A stretch of DNA of 22,043 nt from assembly GCA_964244895.1 (NCBI GenBank), contig CAXTKV010000074.1, positions 1-22,043 of the forward strand. Direction: 5' to 3'. Position 1 is the stretch's first letter. Each line of letters starts with the position of its first letter. A program made the position numbers and the translations under genes. The notes beneath the pieces are model-generated. The model was not told where the DNA came from and ran no database searches. It was given only the letters and a program-made list of their open reading frames with translations. The stretch is from an uncultured Deinococcales bacterium. GTDB taxonomy: Bacteria > Deinococcota > Deinococci > Deinococcales > JAAFIG01. Positions 1-8,133 of the stretch are shown one piece after another.

Positions 1-54
1 GATCGTGCCGACGTTGACGTGGGGTTTGTTGCGCTCGAATACGCCCTTCGCCAT
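1..54 (-). CDS. tuf: Elongation factor Tu, 5' end (runs off the window)
   Basis: Reverse complement of 1-54 reads MAKGVFERNKPHVNVGTI, the EF-Tu N-terminus; Shine-Dalgarno-like GAGGAG at ~61-66. Not in the supplied ORF track. Confidence 0.96.
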   Translation of the reverse strand, partial: MAKGVFERNKPHVNVGTI

Positions 55-420
55 GACTTTCTCCTCTATCGTTGCTCGAGCATGGCTCGAGCAGACTGCC
101 CGTGATGGGCCTTGAAATGCGCCGACTGTCAATGTTCCTTGGGCGTTCGCTTCGGAACAAACCGATTGGAGCTTGTTATCCGGAAGCGTTGACCCAGGGG
201 CCGATTTCCGAGCTCGTCTTTGGTGACTCGAGAGACACCCGAGACGGCAGCCTTGAAAGGTTACATGAAGGTTTCAGGGAAATCAAGCCTTCCTTTGAAG
301 AGCGCACGGGCATCGATCGTGGTCGTGGATTCCCGATTGTTTGCGCAGCCGATAAAAAACGCGTCCGACCAATCGCGAATCGCCACGAACGTCCCTCGAG
401 GTGCGAGCAGCTCTCGCGTC

Positions 421-470
421 GAAGATTCCTGAGCTGCACAGAAACGAAGATTCCCGAGCTGTACAGAAAC
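421..470. repeat. 25-bp tandem direct repeat, 2 copies
   Basis: GAAGATTCCTGAGCTGCACAGAAAC (421-445) and GAAGATTCCCGAGCTGTACAGAAAC (446-470), 2 mismatches; followed by a GGGACGGTGTTC half-site. Confidence 0.9.
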
Positions 471-532
471 GTTCGGGACGGTGTTCGCGATTCCTCGAGC
501 GCCTCTCCCCTGCCATGTTTTACAATCCCAGG

Positions 533-1075
533 ATGCTTCGGCTCGAGCAACCCGACGCACGATACCGCGAGACTTACCTCGGAGCCCTGTCCGAATTCCG
601 CGCGGAAGGCAACCTGCGCGCGCTGCACGCTGAACTTTTTCACGCAGCACCGGATTTCGAGGCGTTCGTGGCGCGGCTTCGGGAAAAAACGGATCGCGCC
701 ACGTTGACCAAAAGCCTCGTGCCGGAAAGCGTGCTGTGGCTTGTTCAGGACGAAACCCTGATCGGGCGCGTCTCCGTGCGGCACGAACTGAACGCCAGCC
801 TACGAGAATTGGGCGGTCACATCGGCTACGAGATTCGCCCCTCCAAACGCCACCAGGGTTTCGGCACGCGAGCGCTCAGAATAGCCTTAGCCTTCGCTCA
901 ATCTCTGGGCATCGAACGCGCGCTGCTGACCTGCGACGCCGACAATCTGGGTTCGAGGAAAATCATCGAAAAAAACGGTGGCGTTCTTCAGGACGAGTTC
1001 CAACCTGCGGGCTCGAGCAAGTACCATCGGCGCTACTGGATCGATCTTTCAGGCCCGATCAATCCCGCGCCCTGA
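533..1075 (+). CDS. GNAT family N-acetyltransferase
   Basis: Motifs IGRVSVRHELN, GGHIGYEIRPSKRHQGFG (acetyl-CoA binding Q/RxxGxG-like), LLTCDADNLGSRKIIEKNGG. Start moved from 401 to ATG 533, which lies 6 nt after TACAAT (521-526). Confidence 0.9.
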   Translation: MLRLEQPDARYRETYLGALSEFRAEGNLRALHAELFHAAPDFEAFVARLREKTDRATLTKSLVPESVLWLVQDETLIGRVSVRHELNASLRELGGHIGYEIRPSKRHQGFGTRALRIALAFAQSLGIERALLTCDADNLGSRKIIEKNGGVLQDEFQPAGSSKYHRRYWIDLSGPINPAP

Positions 1076-1133
1076 GTTCAGATCAATGCTCGAGAAGTCC
1101 GCCGTGAACGGTGTTCTCGAGCATACGAGCATC

Positions 1134-1230
1134 CATCCCGCTATCGTGAACAACCTTCAGGATCTTTCGCCGTGGTCAGTCGAATGTACTCACCTCGAGA
1201 TCCCTGAATGCGAACTCATCGGGATGACGG
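1134..1230. repeat. Imperfect long inverted repeat, CGTC/GTCAT-type REP-like element
   Basis: CATCCCG (1134-1140) pairs with CGGGATG (1220-1226); TTCAGGATCT (1156-1165) pairs with AGATCCCTGAA (1198-1208); ends GGGATGACGG. Confidence 0.55.
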
Positions 1231-1274
1231 CCATTGTTTACTGCAGCCGCCAATCTCGATCACATGTTCGCGCG

Positions 1275-1338
1275 AGGGTAACCACAAGGGTTACCCCTAC
1301 ACGACAGGGTTCTTGTACGGGCTCTATGACCTGCCCTC
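1275..1338. repeat. GTAG-type REP-like palindrome plus a degenerate inverted partner
   Basis: Minus strand 1300-1275 reads GTAGGGGTAACCCTTGTGGTTACCCT, near-identical to 11748-11773; degenerate GTACGGGC...GCCCT at 1315-1338. Confidence 0.75.
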
Positions 1339-1368
1339 AAAGCGTTCTCGAGGGCACGACGACGGCAC

Positions 1369-1418
1369 GAGAACACCGTCTGGCACGCGTATCTAAGAAT
1401 GCGTGCTGGACGGTGTTT
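1369..1418. repeat. Dispersed palindromic element (AACACCGTCCAGCACGC family)
   Basis: GAGAACACCGTCTGGCACGC-N12-GCGTGCTGGACGGTGTT, just downstream of the S41 peptidase stop. Confidence 0.9.
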
Positions 1419-1426
1419 CGCTTCAT

Positions 1427-2707
1427 CTACTTCAACCCGAGCGTCTCTATGGCCTTCTCGAGCAACGGATCGCGGCCCGTGTTGGCGGCGCGCGCCAGGT
1501 TGAAATCGACTTCGATGTCGGGCGTGACGGATTCGGGCAGCACGGTTCCGTCCTGCAGCACGGCGCGCACGATGGTCACGGCGATCGCGCCGCGATCGAT
1601 CAACGGGAAGTAGGTCGTGGCCGTGTTCAGGACGCCCGCCGTGACTTGACCGATGACCGGGCCGCGCTTGGCGAGCTGAACGTGGTACGCGAATTCTTCG
1701 CTGCAAGAAGCGCTATTTTCGTTGACCAGCACGGCCATCTTGCCCGTCCAGAGCGCGGGCGAAGGCAACGTGTAGCCCTTGCGCGGATCTTGCGGGTCTT
1801 CCTCGAAGACCGTTCCGGCCTTGTAGTACGCGATTTGCTTGTCGAAGCGCGTCAGGAACGTCAGCTCGAGATCACCGATGAATGCGCCGACGGCGGTCGT
1901 GCATTCCTTGAGTTCGCCGCCCGGATCGTCCTCGAGGTCGACGATGATGGCGCTCGCGCTCTTCGATTGGGCTTCCTTGACGAGTTCGTGGACGCGCGGC
2001 CCGACGCGGTTGTACGCGCCGAAATCCGGGATTCGCAGCACGAACACGCCCTTGGGTGCGGTCGCCGGGTGGTACATGAACGGCAGCGCGGGCGAGCGGT
2101 TGATGGCGCGCTGGATCGTGACCTCGAAGGTGGTGGGGTTCTGCGCGTCCCCTCTGGCGATGCCAAACTTCACGGGCGCATCCACCCGAATCTTATTGCG
2201 AAACGCGGTCAGCGCGGCCTGGGCGTCCGTGGCTGGCTGGAGCTTTTCACCGTTGACGGAGGCGATCCGATCCCAGGGTTGCAAGCCCGCTTTTTCGGCG
2301 GCGCTGCCCGTGCGGACATCGCTGATCAGCACCTCGCCTCGCGCGTTGACGGTCGGCAAGGTGATGCCGAAGGTCGGTGTAACTGCCGCGTTCTCTGCGC
2401 CCTGCGAGCGCGCGTAGCCTTCCGGCGAGAGCAGGTACGTGTGCCCATCGTCGAGTTCACCGATCATCTGCTCGATGATCCCTCTGGCCACGTCGTAACC
2501 GCAGGCGTCACCTTTGGGCTGGCAGGCGGCCTCGAGTTGCGGCTGATACTTGGCGATCAGGTCTTTGGGGGCGACCTTTGAAAACCCGAAATAATAGAAA
2601 TCCAGGTAGAAGCTCGCCTCTTTGAACAGTTCCGTGGCCGGGCTGGCGAGGGCCGATGACAGGCTGGCGAAAGTAAGAATAGCGATGATCGAACGGATTC
2701 GTTTCAC
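1427..2707 (-). CDS. Secreted S41 family peptidase with PDZ domain
   Basis: Signal peptide, LDDGHT, PDZ-like GSAAEKAGLQPWDRIASVNG, IIVDLEDDPGG, LVNENSASCSEEF (catalytic Ser), VTPDIEV; GTG start with GAGGAG RBS. Confidence 0.9.
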   Translation of the reverse strand: MKRIRSIIAILTFASLSSALASPATELFKEASFYLDFYYFGFSKVAPKDLIAKYQPQLEAACQPKGDACGYDVARGIIEQMIGELDDGHTYLLSPEGYARSQGAENAAVTPTFGITLPTVNARGEVLISDVRTGSAAEKAGLQPWDRIASVNGEKLQPATDAQAALTAFRNKIRVDAPVKFGIARGDAQNPTTFEVTIQRAINRSPALPFMYHPATAPKGVFVLRIPDFGAYNRVGPRVHELVKEAQSKSASAIIVDLEDDPGGELKECTTAVGAFIGDLELTFLTRFDKQIAYYKAGTVFEEDPQDPRKGYTLPSPALWTGKMAVLVNENSASCSEEFAYHVQLAKRGPVIGQVTAGVLNTATTYFPLIDRGAIAVTIVRAVLQDGTVLPESVTPDIEVDFNLARAANTGRDPLLEKAIETLGLK

Positions 2708-2790
2708 GCGGGTCTCCTCGGGGTGCGGAATGCTCTGTCTTACACCAGATCGAGCAATTCGTAGGCGTCGAAGGTCGCAGTCGAGGATCG

Positions 2791-2811
2791 GTCAGAAGTC
2801 AGAGGTCAGAA
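2791..2811. repeat. Heptamer tandem repeat (GTCAGAR)x3
   Basis: GTCAGAA GTCAGAG GTCAGAA; complementary copies CTCTGAC CCCTGAC at 2963-2976. Confidence 0.6.
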
Positions 2812-2900
2812 GCGAACCTCGAGTTCGCTGGGGACGGCGCACGCGCTCAGGCTCGAGGGCAAGAGTGCTTTTGCTCGAGATTTACCCGGAAGCCAGCACT

Positions 2901-2958
2901 GAGAACACCGTCCCACACGCAATTTTTTGAATCCATAAAACGCTGTCCTGGACGGTCT
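2901..2958. repeat. Dispersed palindromic element, degenerate copy
   Basis: GAGAACACCGTCCCACACGC ... GTCCTGGACGGTCT. Confidence 0.8.
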
Positions 2959-2987
2959 TTGCCTCTGACCCCTGACTTTTAAGCATC

Positions 2988-2996
2988 TGATACGAT
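2988..2996 (+). promoter_or_regulatory. Putative extended -10 promoter for ndk
   Basis: TGaTACGAT matches TGnTAnnnT about 77 nt upstream of the ndk ATG. Confidence 0.5.
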
Positions 2997-3072
2997 GCGC
3001 GGCGGTGCGCTCGGGGAACACCTAGGCGCTCGAGACGCGCAAATCGCGTTAAAACGCTGGCAGGAGGATCAC

Positions 3073-3486
3073 ATGGAACGCACTTACGCAATGCTCAAAC
3101 CCGACGGCGTGCGCCGTGGGCTGACCGGGGAAATCATCGCGCGATTGGAACGCAAGGGCTTCAAGGTCGTGGGTTTGAAGCAGCTCGTGATTCCGCGCGA
3201 ACTGGCCGAAACCCATTACGGCGAGCACAAGGGCAAGCCTTTTTTCGATGGTCTGGTGAGCTTCATCACGTCCGGGCCAGTCGTGGCGATCGCGCTCGAG
3301 GGGCCGAACGTGATCGCGGAATTGCGCAAGATGATGGGCGCGACCCACCCGAAAGATGCCGCGCCCGGCACATTTCGTGGCGACTACGCGACCACCATCG
3401 ACGAGAATGTGATCCACGGCAGCGCCAACGCCGACGACGCCGCCCGCGAATTGGGCCTGTTTTTCTCGAGCCACGAACTGCTGTAA
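3073..3486 (+). CDS. ndk: Nucleoside diphosphate kinase
   Basis: [44 protein letters not shown] (catalytic His); AGGAGG RBS at 3062-3067. Confidence 0.98.
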   Translation: MERTYAMLKPDGVRRGLTGEIIARLERKGFKVVGLKQLVIPRELAETHYGEHKGKPFFDGLVSFITSGPVVAIALEGPNVIAELRKMMGATHPKDAAPGTFRGDYATTIDENVIHGSANADDAARELGLFFSSHELL

Positions 3487-3498
3487 GCGTCCGAATGA

Positions 3499-3533
3499 CC
3501 GTCCCGGATCTCGCGTCCGGGACGGCTTTTTTT
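3499..3533 (+). terminator. Rho-independent terminator of ndk
   Basis: 10-bp stem CCGTCCCGGA/TCCGGGACGG, 7-nt loop, followed by T7. Confidence 0.9.
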
Positions 3534-3680
3534 GCTCGGAGTCGGATGGACGAGAATGGAGCGAACAACGCGTCGAGCGCCGAGTCTCGAGCGCCATCCA
3601 GATTTTGTGCGAGAACAACATCACTGGATACCGGAACCCCGTAGACTAAGAACAACTCACGCTTACTTCAAGGGGTTCTC

Positions 3681-4133
3681 ATGAAACGATGCGGTCTCGG
3701 GATGCTCTTCACGTTCGTGATCGTCGCGGTCTGGGCGCAACCCGGATTCTCGCAACCGGGCACGTGGCGATCCACCATCACGGGCGTCAACCTACCGTTG
3801 AGCGCATCCAGAATTGTGGACACGAAAATCCTGATCGCCGCCTCGAAAACCCTCGAGGCCATCGCCAGTGAAAACGCCCTGAGCGGGCGCTGTCGCGGCA
3901 CGGAAATCGTGGAATCCAGCCAACCGCGCCCATCCCGAATCGTGGACGCGCTCGAGAACGGCCTGACCAAACAGGGCTTCAAGCTCGAGAACCTGCCCGG
4001 TGGTGACGGTTCGCGCTACAGCGTGGCCGCGCGGCGCGGCGGGCGATTAATCATCTTGAACGTCAACGGAATAGAGAACGGTCGCATGGTCATCGCCTGG
4101 TGCGCCCTGGAACCCGTCAACCGCGCCGGATAA
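3681..4133 (+). CDS. Hypothetical exported protein (150 aa)
   Basis: Signal-peptide-like N-terminus (MKR...VAVWAQ), AGGGG upstream, two Cys in the mature part; no family recognised. Confidence 0.7.
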   Translation: MKRCGLGMLFTFVIVAVWAQPGFSQPGTWRSTITGVNLPLSASRIVDTKILIAASKTLEAIASENALSGRCRGTEIVESSQPRPSRIVDALENGLTKQGFKLENLPGGDGSRYSVAARRGGRLIILNVNGIENGRMVIAWCALEPVNRAG

Positions 4134-4193
4134 GGCCGAGACGAGCAGCAGGATCGCGGGCTGGACGCGCCCGAAAACCACCTGAACCGACAC

Positions 4194-4670
4194 TCAGTCC
4201 TCGTAGAACTCCGTCGCGTCCCGCGCGGGCGCGGCCTTCTTCGGTTTGAGCACCTTGAGGCGCTCCAGCAGCGCGTCCGTGCGCGCCACCGCCTGCCCGA
4301 GCATCGCCTCGGATTCCTCCGAGCGAGCCGGTTTTTCCGTCATTTCGGACAAGACCAGTTGCCTGTAACGCACCCAATCGTCGTCGTCTTCCATCTCGGC
4401 GTGCAGTTGCAGCACGGGTTTGATCCAGCGCAAGCGCTCGTGATCCGCGTCGATGCCGCGCTCCTCGAGTTCCGCGAGCGCCTTCTCGAGCGCCTTGAAA
4501 TCTTTTTCAAGCGTTTTCAAGAGTTTCGATTTCGACCAGCCCAGCCTGTCCAGCACGCCTTCCAACGCGCCGTCCGCGTCGATCAGAACTTCCGCCAGCC
4601 CGTCCCCAGTGAGCTTGCCAGCGCCCCGCCCGGCGCGTTTCGAGGTGGTCGGTTGCGGCTTCACGGTCAT
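4194..4670 (-). CDS. Hypothetical helical, charged protein (158 aa)
   Basis: Protein-like composition; start set at ATG 4670 with GGAG at 4680-4683. Confidence 0.75.
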   Translation of the reverse strand: MTVKPQPTTSKRAGRGAGKLTGDGLAEVLIDADGALEGVLDRLGWSKSKLLKTLEKDFKALEKALAELEERGIDADHERLRWIKPVLQLHAEMEDDDDWVRYRQLVLSEMTEKPARSEESEAMLGQAVARTDALLERLKVLKPKKAAPARDATEFYED

Positions 4671-4742
4671 ACCGTACAACTCCGCACGGCCCGAACGAGC
4701 TTGTTGAGGCGGGATCAAGGCGCTCGCTCGAGGCTCGTCTCA

Positions 4743-4802
4743 GAGAACACCGTCCCACACGCATTCTCTCGAGGTTTAATTCTCGCGCGCAGGACGGTGT
4801 TC
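4743..4802. repeat. Dispersed palindromic element
   Basis: GAGAACACCGTCCCACACGC ... GCGCGCAGGACGGTGTTC, abutting the stop of the SUKH-like gene. Confidence 0.85.
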
Positions 4803-4803
4803 G

Positions 4804-5406
4804 TTACAATGCCTCTCCTCTACAAACTTGCAATACGAACTCCCAATAACTTCCGGGTGTGACCGCTTTCGGGTCAAGCGCTCGTATCACACTTTCGAGT
4901 AGATTTCCTCGCTCTCGAGTCTCATCAACAGTGAAAGCATCAATCGGAGAGGAGTCAAAAATAATTCGAAAGGCAAGTATACTCTCGAAGAACGCCTGAA
5001 AACTTGAGCTTACGTAGTTTGGTTGCAGATTTTCGTCCGCCAACTCGGGGATTTCTTCAACAATTATTCCGGATCTATCATCGAAACACAGGATTTGCCC
5101 TGATCCACCCTCAGCACCACTCCAGCAGATAACCCATAGTGAAGCCCACGACTGAGAAATGAATTCGTCTTCGTCTCCAGATCCACGCATTAACTCTTCT
5201 AGATTTACCAAACCTTCGGTCTTAAACCAATCAAGTTGAAGGGTTAACCAGTTTTTCTTTTGAATGACGATACGCCAAGGCAACCCCGCCTCGAGCAAAA
5301 CCGCTTTAGCTTCGCTCGAGATCGCAACTTTCTCGAGCGAAGCCGCAGGTGGTTTTATCCACAGGTCGTCTCCCCAGCGATTTCTAAATTCTTCTGGCGT
5401 CATCAT
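4804..5406 (-). CDS. SUKH-4-like (SMI1/KNR4 superfamily) immunity protein
   Basis: Pattern AKAVLLEAGLP ... ILCFDDRSGII ... YVSSSFQAFFESI ... LDPKAVTPGSYW resembles SUKH-4 proteins; ATGA overlap with the speA stop; visibly AT-richer than its neighbours. Confidence 0.7.
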   Translation of the reverse strand: MMTPEEFRNRWGDDLWIKPPAASLEKVAISSEAKAVLLEAGLPWRIVIQKKNWLTLQLDWFKTEGLVNLEELMRGSGDEDEFISQSWASLWVICWSGAEGGSGQILCFDDRSGIIVEEIPELADENLQPNYVSSSFQAFFESILAFRIIFDSSPIDAFTVDETRERGNLLESVIRALDPKAVTPGSYWEFVLQVCRGEAL

Positions 5407-7319
5407 TCCAGATACGTGTACCCGACCAATTCCTCGTCGTAATGCTCGATGAAGCTGTCGCCCTCCCACGGCCCTAACACGCCGCGTTTGATCGCGTCCT
5501 GTACGGCGTCGCGGGCGCTGGCGGAAAGCTGGGGTGCGCTGTAGCCCATGCTTTCGATCAACCGTCGGGCTTTCTGGCCGCGCACGAAATTCTCGAGTTC
5601 CAACTGTCCGTCATCGGTGACGCGGACATGCACTTCGTTGACCTTGCCGAACAGGTTGTGGGCGCTGCCGAGCACGTCCTGGTACGCGCCGACCAGGAAC
5701 ACGCCCAGGTAGTAGGGTTCGTCGCCGCGCAGTTCGTGCAATGGCAGGGTTTTTTGAACGTCGCGCAGGTCGATGAATTTGTCGATCTTGCCGTCAGAAT
5801 CGCAGGTGATGTCCACGATGGTTGCGCGCCGGGTGGGGCGTTCGTTCAACCTTGAAAGCGGCACGATCGGAAAGAGCGCGTCTATCGCCCAGTGGTCGGG
5901 CAGGCTCTGAAACAGGCTAAAGTTGCAGATGTACTTGTCGGCCAGCAGTTCGGCCAGGTCTTCAAATTCGTCGGGCACATATTTCGCGTCGGCGTCGCGG
6001 ATGACGGTGGCGACGCGTAGGGCGATGCGGTTGAACAACTCCTCGCCTCGGGCGCGGTCGCGCAGGCTCAGGTAGCCCAGGTCGAAGAGGTTGTGCATCG
6101 TGTTCTTGTTGTCCGCCGCGTCGAAGTACGCTTCGCGGTAGTTGCGGACGTTGACGTTCCGGAGGATTTCCTCGAAGTCGGTGATCAGTTGGTGCTGGTC
6201 GGGCTCGCCGGGCGTCAGGTCTTCGGGGAAGCGCGCGGGGCCGGTCACGTCCAGCACGGGCACGACCAGGATCGCGTGGTGCGCGGTCACGGCGCGACCG
6301 GATTCGCTGACGATCACGGGGAAGGCGTCCGGCTCGAGCTCGGCGTTCTTGCAGGTTTCGGAGACGCTATAGACGACATCGTTGGCGTATTCCTGCAGGG
6401 AATAGTTGCTCGAGGTGTAGAAGGTCGTTTTTGAGCCGTCGTAATCCACGGCCAGTCCACCGCCGACGTTCAGGTACTTGATCGGCACGCCCAGTTCGCG
6501 CAGTTCGGCGTAGGTCTGGGCGGCCTCGCGCACGGCGATCTTAATTTTGCGGATGTCGGTCAGTTGGCTACCGACGTGGCAGTGGATCATCACCAGGGCA
6601 TCCGTCAGGTTCTCTTTTTCCAGCCGCCGCACGACGGCCAGGAGTTCGGTGGCGTTCAGCCCGAATTTGGCCTGGTCGCCGCCGGATTCTTCCCATTGAC
6701 CTGAACCTCTCGCGTGCAGTTTGAAGCGCACGCCGATGGCGGGTTTGACGCCGACCTCGCGGGCGATGCGCAGCACGCGCTCGAGTTCAGAAAATTTTTC
6801 CAGCGTGATGACCACGTTGCGCCCGAGCTTGCGGCCCCACAGGGCCAGGCGCACGAAACCGTCGTCCTTGAAGCCGTTGCAGCACAAGAGCGCGTCCGGG
6901 TTCATGTCCTGCGCCAGACAGAGCGCCAGTTCGGCCTTCGATCCCGCTTCCAGGCCGTGCGCGTAGGCCATGCCCGCCTTGGCGATGGTCTCGACGACCA
7001 CGCGGCGTTGGCTGACCTTGATCGGGTAGACGCCCTGGTACTTTCCGGGGTAAGCGTATTCGGAAATGGCTTGCTGGAAGGCTTCGTTGAGCTGGCGCAC
7101 GCGCGACTCGAGGATCTGCGGGAAGCGCACGATCATCGGCAGGCTCTCGCCCCTGGCGACCAGGCGATCGATCACGTCCTGAACGGCGACGGCGTGTTCA
7201 CCGCCGAGCGTCGCTTGGAGCTTGCCGGATGTGCCGACGCGGAAGTAGCCGCCGGACCAGTTGTGGACGCCGTACAGTTCCGTCGCGTCCGACACCGTGA
7301 AACGCTCGAGCGTGTTCAA
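5403..7319 (-). CDS. speA: Biosynthetic arginine decarboxylase
   Basis: GVYPIK (PLP Lys), GLEAGSKAEL, HCHVGSQ, NVGGGLAVDYDG, ESGRA, NFSLFQSLPDHW, CDSDG, GAYQDVLG; TTG start at 7319 with AGGAGG at 7330-7335. Confidence 0.96.
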   Translation of the reverse strand: MNTLERFTVSDATELYGVHNWSGGYFRVGTSGKLQATLGGEHAVAVQDVIDRLVARGESLPMIVRFPQILESRVRQLNEAFQQAISEYAYPGKYQGVYPIKVSQRRVVVETIAKAGMAYAHGLEAGSKAELALCLAQDMNPDALLCCNGFKDDGFVRLALWGRKLGRNVVITLEKFSELERVLRIAREVGVKPAIGVRFKLHARGSGQWEESGGDQAKFGLNATELLAVVRRLEKENLTDALVMIHCHVGSQLTDIRKIKIAVREAAQTYAELRELGVPIKYLNVGGGLAVDYDGSKTTFYTSSNYSLQEYANDVVYSVSETCKNAELEPDAFPVIVSESGRAVTAHHAILVVPVLDVTGPARFPEDLTPGEPDQHQLITDFEEILRNVNVRNYREAYFDAADNKNTMHNLFDLGYLSLRDRARGEELFNRIALRVATVIRDADAKYVPDEFEDLAELLADKYICNFSLFQSLPDHWAIDALFPIVPLSRLNERPTRRATIVDITCDSDGKIDKFIDLRDVQKTLPLHELRGDEPYYLGVFLVGAYQDVLGSAHNLFGKVNEVHVRVTDDGQLELENFVRGQKARRLIESMGYSAPQLSASARDAVQDAIKRGVLGPWEGDSFIEHYDEELVGYTYLE

Positions 7320-7437
7320 TTCGCGCGTGCCTCCTCTTTCGCCCTCTTGCTCGCCTTGGCGGGAGGGCAAAAAACCAGGAGAGTATACAGAAAAGCCTTT
7401 GTCGCAACGTCACGCTTGAACACTCGCGCAAAAGCAT

Positions 7438-7489
7438 CGTGCTGGACGGTGTTTCGGCGAGATGCCCCAGGCCGTGCTGGACGGTCTTC
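7438..7489. repeat. Two tandem right-arm half-sites of the dispersed element
   Basis: CGTGCTGGACGGTGTTTC (7438-7455) and CGTGCTGGACGGTCTTC (7473-7489). Confidence 0.85.
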
Positions 7490-7494
7490 TCGAT

Positions 7495-7710
7495 TCAGGC
7501 GCGGTGTTGTCGATGCGGCGCTTCCGGGGTTGCAATCGGCATCCCGAGGTGCCCGGCGTGCTGCTGACGCGTTTCGGCCAGCACATCGCACCAGTCTTGA
7601 ACCGTGCGCGCTCCGGCTTCGATGGCAGCGACCGGCGAACGGTACGGCAAGTTCTCGAGGAACTTGATCGCGGCAAGCTGCGTGTAGTTGATCGCTCGCT
7701 TCTGACGCAT
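7495..7710 (-). CDS. Small hypothetical protein (71 aa), probably leaderless
   Basis: MRQKRAINYTQLAAIKFLENLPY...; TAGGCT (-10-like) 5 nt upstream of the ATG. Confidence 0.55.
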   Translation of the reverse strand: MRQKRAINYTQLAAIKFLENLPYRSPVAAIEAGARTVQDWCDVLAETRQQHAGHLGMPIATPEAPHRQHRA

Positions 7711-7836
7711 GAATGAGCCTACAATCGCGACGCTTCCAAAATTGTTAGCGAGGCACGCTCGTCCGGGAACGCCCGCTCTGGGTTCAGGGAAAGCGCTCTC
7801 ACTGTCGCGCACTAAACTGCGAATTGGAGGTGGGTC

Positions 7837-8034
7837 ATGGACTGGAAGAAATTCAACGCGACCCTCGGAGCCAATCTCGGGCAACTGCGACCGCTGACCA
7901 GCGAAGGCCGAGCGCACGTCACGGCGCTGCTCGAGAAGCGGCGTGAGCTCGAGGCCATCAGGGTTTACCGGGACGAGACGCGCGCCAGTCTCTCCGATGC
8001 GGTACAGGCCGTCAGGGATCTCCAGCGCGTTTGA
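7837..8034 (+). CDS. Small protein with an L7/L12 C-terminal-like motif (65 aa); not rplL
   Basis: ELEAIRVYRDETRASLSDAVQAVRDL resembles KIxAIKxxRxxTGxxLxEAKxxV; GGAGG RBS at 7826-7830; TAAACT at 7813-7818. Confidence 0.7.
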   Translation: MDWKKFNATLGANLGQLRPLTSEGRAHVTALLEKRRELEAIRVYRDETRASLSDAVQAVRDLQRV

Positions 8035-8133
8035 GGGTTCAACGCTGACCGGGCACGCCGAAAAGGCACGAGAGCGCCCCGATGTGGCACATCGGGGCGC
8101 TCTCGTGAAGACAACCCCATGCTAGTGGGTCAT

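Noticed and set aside
104..132. TTGACA on the minus strand (127-132) as the tuf -35 box
   Set aside because: No acceptable -10 hexamer at 16-18 bp spacing.
167..240. Possible tRNA upstream of tuf (TGGAGCTTG... resembles the reverse complement of a tRNA 3' end)
   Set aside because: No T-loop GTTCRA motif or cloverleaf could be built.
72..784. ORFs 72..707 (+), 176..784 (-), 261..650 (-) and the 401-532 extension of the GNAT ORF
   Set aside because: No recognisable motifs; they run through repeats or overlap the GNAT gene.
978..1613. ORF 978..1613 (+) and nearby short ORFs
   Set aside because: They translate the repeat mosaic (CWTVF is the repeat arm) and the antisense of the peptidase.
4194..4670. 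Possible cognate toxin for the SUKH-like gene
   Set aside because: It lies downstream, has host-like GC, and shows no nuclease, deaminase or secretion motifs.
7462..7716. 84-aa plus-strand ORF
   Set aside because: It begins in a repeat half-site with no RBS; the opposite-strand ORF 7495..7710 has better start signals.
7837..8034. Calling this gene rplL
   Set aside because: Too short, lacks the N-terminal domain and hinge, and is not next to rplJ.
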